Positions 23,426 to 25,437 of a stretch of DNA of 25,437 nucleotides are shown here, one piece after another. The stretch comes from a virus. Lineage: Duplodnaviria; Caudoviricetes. The notes under the pieces are model-generated. The model was not told where the DNA came from and did not search any database. It saw only the letters and a list, made by a program, of their open reading frames with translations. A program made the translations under genes and the position numbers. Every line of letters begins with the position of its first letter. Position 1 is the stretch's first letter. Location of the stretch: IMG/VR virus record IMGVR_UViG_3300017761_003192, positions 1 to 25,437 of that record; one strand, 5' to 3'.

Positions 23426-23766
23426 TACAGCCCTGACACTTCTCGACCGCTGGAGCGGATCGTAAGCGAGGTGACGGCGCCGGCCAGACCTTGAACGGTA
23501 TCGCCCGGTGCCAGAATATGCCCCACGGCCTCGGGGCAGAGGTAGGTGTCGCCCGCCGCAATGGTGCGTGCGCTGATTATCCGCTTGCTCACGCCCGCAG
23601 ACCCCAAGGCTGTGACCAGATCAATCGTGAGCGTGACCGAGGAACCCGAGGTATTGCAGACGGTCATCTTGTCAATGAACGTGGTGACGTTCGTCGCCGT
23701 GTAATAGGTGGCGTTTGAGTTCGTCAATTGCTGCGAGGCGATCAGGACTTTAGGCGTGACGGCCAT
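23425..23766 (-). CDS. small virion/tail protein, 113 aa
   Basis: T.YYTA..VTT.IDK.TVCN...TYLCPEAVGHIL.PG...IRSSGRE; beta-rich; within the tail module. Confidence 0.75.
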   Translation of the reverse strand: MAVTPKVLIASQQLTNSNATYYTATNVTTFIDKMTVCNTSGSSVTLTIDLVTALGSAGVSKRIISARTIAAGDTYLCPEAVGHILAPGDTVQGLAGAVTSLTIRSSGREVSGL

Positions 23767-24645
23767 CTAGAGGCTCGATGAAAAAGTAAGCGAAACAATA
23801 ACAGATGGTGTAGCCGGTCGCACCGGGCTTGATTGCGCCGCGGTGAAGGCCATACTGACCGCCGCATCCGTACTTGACCAGCACAATTCAAGATAGTCCC
23901 CCGCCAGCACAGACACGACAAGGTTCCACGCGGCAACCACATGCCCGTCCACGCCGCCGTGACTGTTTGCAATGGACACCATCGTGTTGGCGTTGGCTAC
24001 ATCAGATCCGTTTTTGCGGAGCCACACGCTTATGTCTTGCACGGAGACGCTGGTGTTATTGTATTGCGAACTGAACTGGAGGTTGTAGACGCCCGTGTAA
24101 GCCGCGGTGATCTGGGACGCCAGGGTACAGGTCAGCGTCGTGCTGGTCACCAGTTGGGATGTATCTACCGTATAAGTACCCGTGCCGCCCGTACCACTTA
24201 CAAAAGCCGTGATGCGGGTGTTGGCCGTCACGCCGGTGCCGGCCACCGTCATGCCGAGGAAGATGGTCCCAGAGGTGACCGCGGTGACGGTCATCACCGT
24301 GCCGGCTGACGCGGCGCCGTTGTTGATGGTGCCGGTGACTACCGCCGTGCGAGTCCCGATGCTGACGCCGTTGGAGATGTCGGTCGTGTTGTACGACATT
24401 ACCCGAACGGTATTGGCCGGGGCCGTCTGGTTGGTGGTGTCAAAGAACACACCGTAGGGCATGCGCGGGTAGGCTTGAAACGCGGGCGTTGGTCCGAACT
24501 GCACCTCCGTCAGCGTCGTTGCGTTCTGGCCCGCGCCGGTCAGCGTGAACTGGTTGAACAGAAACCGATACCACTCCCGCGTGACCATCTTCTGGTCATC
24601 GGTGAACGGCACCCGCTGCGCGGGGATCTGGGAGATGTCAGGCAC
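23767..24645 (-). CDS. tail-associated structural protein
   Basis: IPAQRVPF...TREWYRFL N-terminus typical of the gene after gp10; Thr/Gly-rich insert; C-terminal beta-sandwich (GVYNLQFS.Q...VWLRKNG.DV...GDYLEL.W). Confidence 0.75.
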   Translation of the reverse strand: MPDISQIPAQRVPFTDDQKMVTREWYRFLFNQFTLTGAGQNATTLTEVQFGPTPAFQAYPRMPYGVFFDTTNQTAPANTVRVMSYNTTDISNGVSIGTRTAVVTGTINNGAASAGTVMTVTAVTSGTIFLGMTVAGTGVTANTRITAFVSGTGGTGTYTVDTSQLVTSTTLTCTLASQITAAYTGVYNLQFSSQYNNTSVSVQDISVWLRKNGSDVANANTMVSIANSHGGVDGHVVAAWNLVVSVLAGDYLELCWSSTDAAVSMAFTAAQSSPVRPATPSVIVSLTFSSSL

Positions 24646-25437
24646 TTGTCGGCGTCACAAACAGTTCCGCGCCCATGATGACCACCTTCACGGGATCGGT
24701 CCCTGTCACCTCGTAGACGCGATCGCGCAGTTTCTCGGTCATGCCCAAGCGCCGCCAGATGACGCGCTGGCCGTACTCGCCCGTCGCCCCCATCGTGCGG
24801 CTGTGGTAGTTGCTCCATGTGTGGCCTCCGTCATCGGACCACCGCAGCAGCACTTGCGGGTCGCTGCCTTGGCCCGAGGTCAGGCCAACGCCCGCCTCGC
24901 AGTCCAGTTGCAGCGAGTGCTGCGCGGTGCGTTTCAGATTGTTGGTGCCAGTTGCCAGCGCCCGCCAAGAGCGTAGCCACTTGTCCAGACTGCCCGATGT
25001 GGATTCCAAAGTGATAGGACTGCCGTTTTCTAGGAGCAGCAAAGACCCGCTCTCCAGCAGCAACGCAAACTCGGTGGTGAATGAATCCAGATTGAAGGCG
25101 TACAGGTTGCCGTTCTGGTAATCACCAACGATGACTTGATTGTTAAACGCCATCTGGCAGTTGGACCGATGACGCCCGAACTCACCGTTCTGGAAGCTGG
25201 CGCGTTCGTGCCACAACTGCGTGGCAACGTCGTAGCACCAGGTCTTGTTGGCCGCAGGGAAGGTCAGAACGTAGAACGCATGACCCGCCTGCTGGTAGGT
25301 GTAGCCGATCGCATCCGAGATGTCGCCGTAGCTCTGGATCTCGTACTCGATGGCGTGCGTGGACACGCGGGTAAAGTTGTACCCGTTGGACCGATACACT
25401 ATCCCGCGCCCGCGGGCATCCGCTCCCAACCAGTACA
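24638..25437 (-). CDS. P22 gp10-like head-tail stabilisation (tail hub) protein, 5' end outside the window
   Basis: [22 protein letters not shown]...[43 protein letters not shown]. Confidence 0.9.
   Translation of the reverse strand, partial: YWLGADARGRGIVYRSNGYNFTRVSTHAIEYEIQSYGDISDAIGYTYQQAGHAFYVLTFPAANKTWCYDVATQLWHERASFQNGEFGRHRSNCQMAFNNQVIVGDYQNGNLYAFNLDSFTTEFALLLESGSLLLLENGSPITLESTSGSLDKWLRSWRALATGTNNLKRTAQHSLQLDCEAGVGLTSGQGSDPQVLLRWSDDGGHTWSNYHSRTMGATGEYGQRVIWRRLGMTEKLRDRVYEVTGTDPVKVVIMGAELFVTPTSA

Noticed and set aside
23920-23940. GTTCCACG half-match to parS (also near 16740)
   Set aside because: Multiple mismatches in the second half and located inside coding sequence.

Overview
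The whole window is part of a tailed dsDNA phage genome with a P22-like (podovirus-type) virion module; no host genes, integrase, CI repressor, tRNA or CRISPR array were recognised. Left arm (minus strand, ~9816 down to <1): small HTH regulator, HTH/sigma70-region-4 protein, primase-polymerase/helicase, an iteron-like repeat cluster, a PD-(D/E)XK nuclease, a modular protein ending in an AcrIF11-like ADP-ribosyltransferase domain, a basic DUF6321-like protein, a near-consensus parS site, a ParB-N/DNA-methyltransferase fusion, TerS, TerL, three small ORFs and a P22-like portal (cut by the window edge). A divergent promoter region at ~9820-9945 drives a plus-strand early/recombination arm (Sak4-like ATPase, DUF669 SSB-like protein, Cas4-like exonuclease, Lar-like protein, many small ORFs) that ends in a cytosine-methyltransferase remnant and a structured ncRNA candidate. 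The right arm (minus strand) holds a gp10-like tail hub (cut by the edge), tail proteins, three probable ejection proteins and a lysis cassette (M15A endolysin, holin-like proteins, a secreted Cys-rich protein). The most notable signals are the AcrIF11-like ART domain fused to a GC-rich leader next to the packaging genes, and the parS site wedged directly in front of the ParB-MTase gene. All family assignments are from visual motif recognition and recall, not from database searches.
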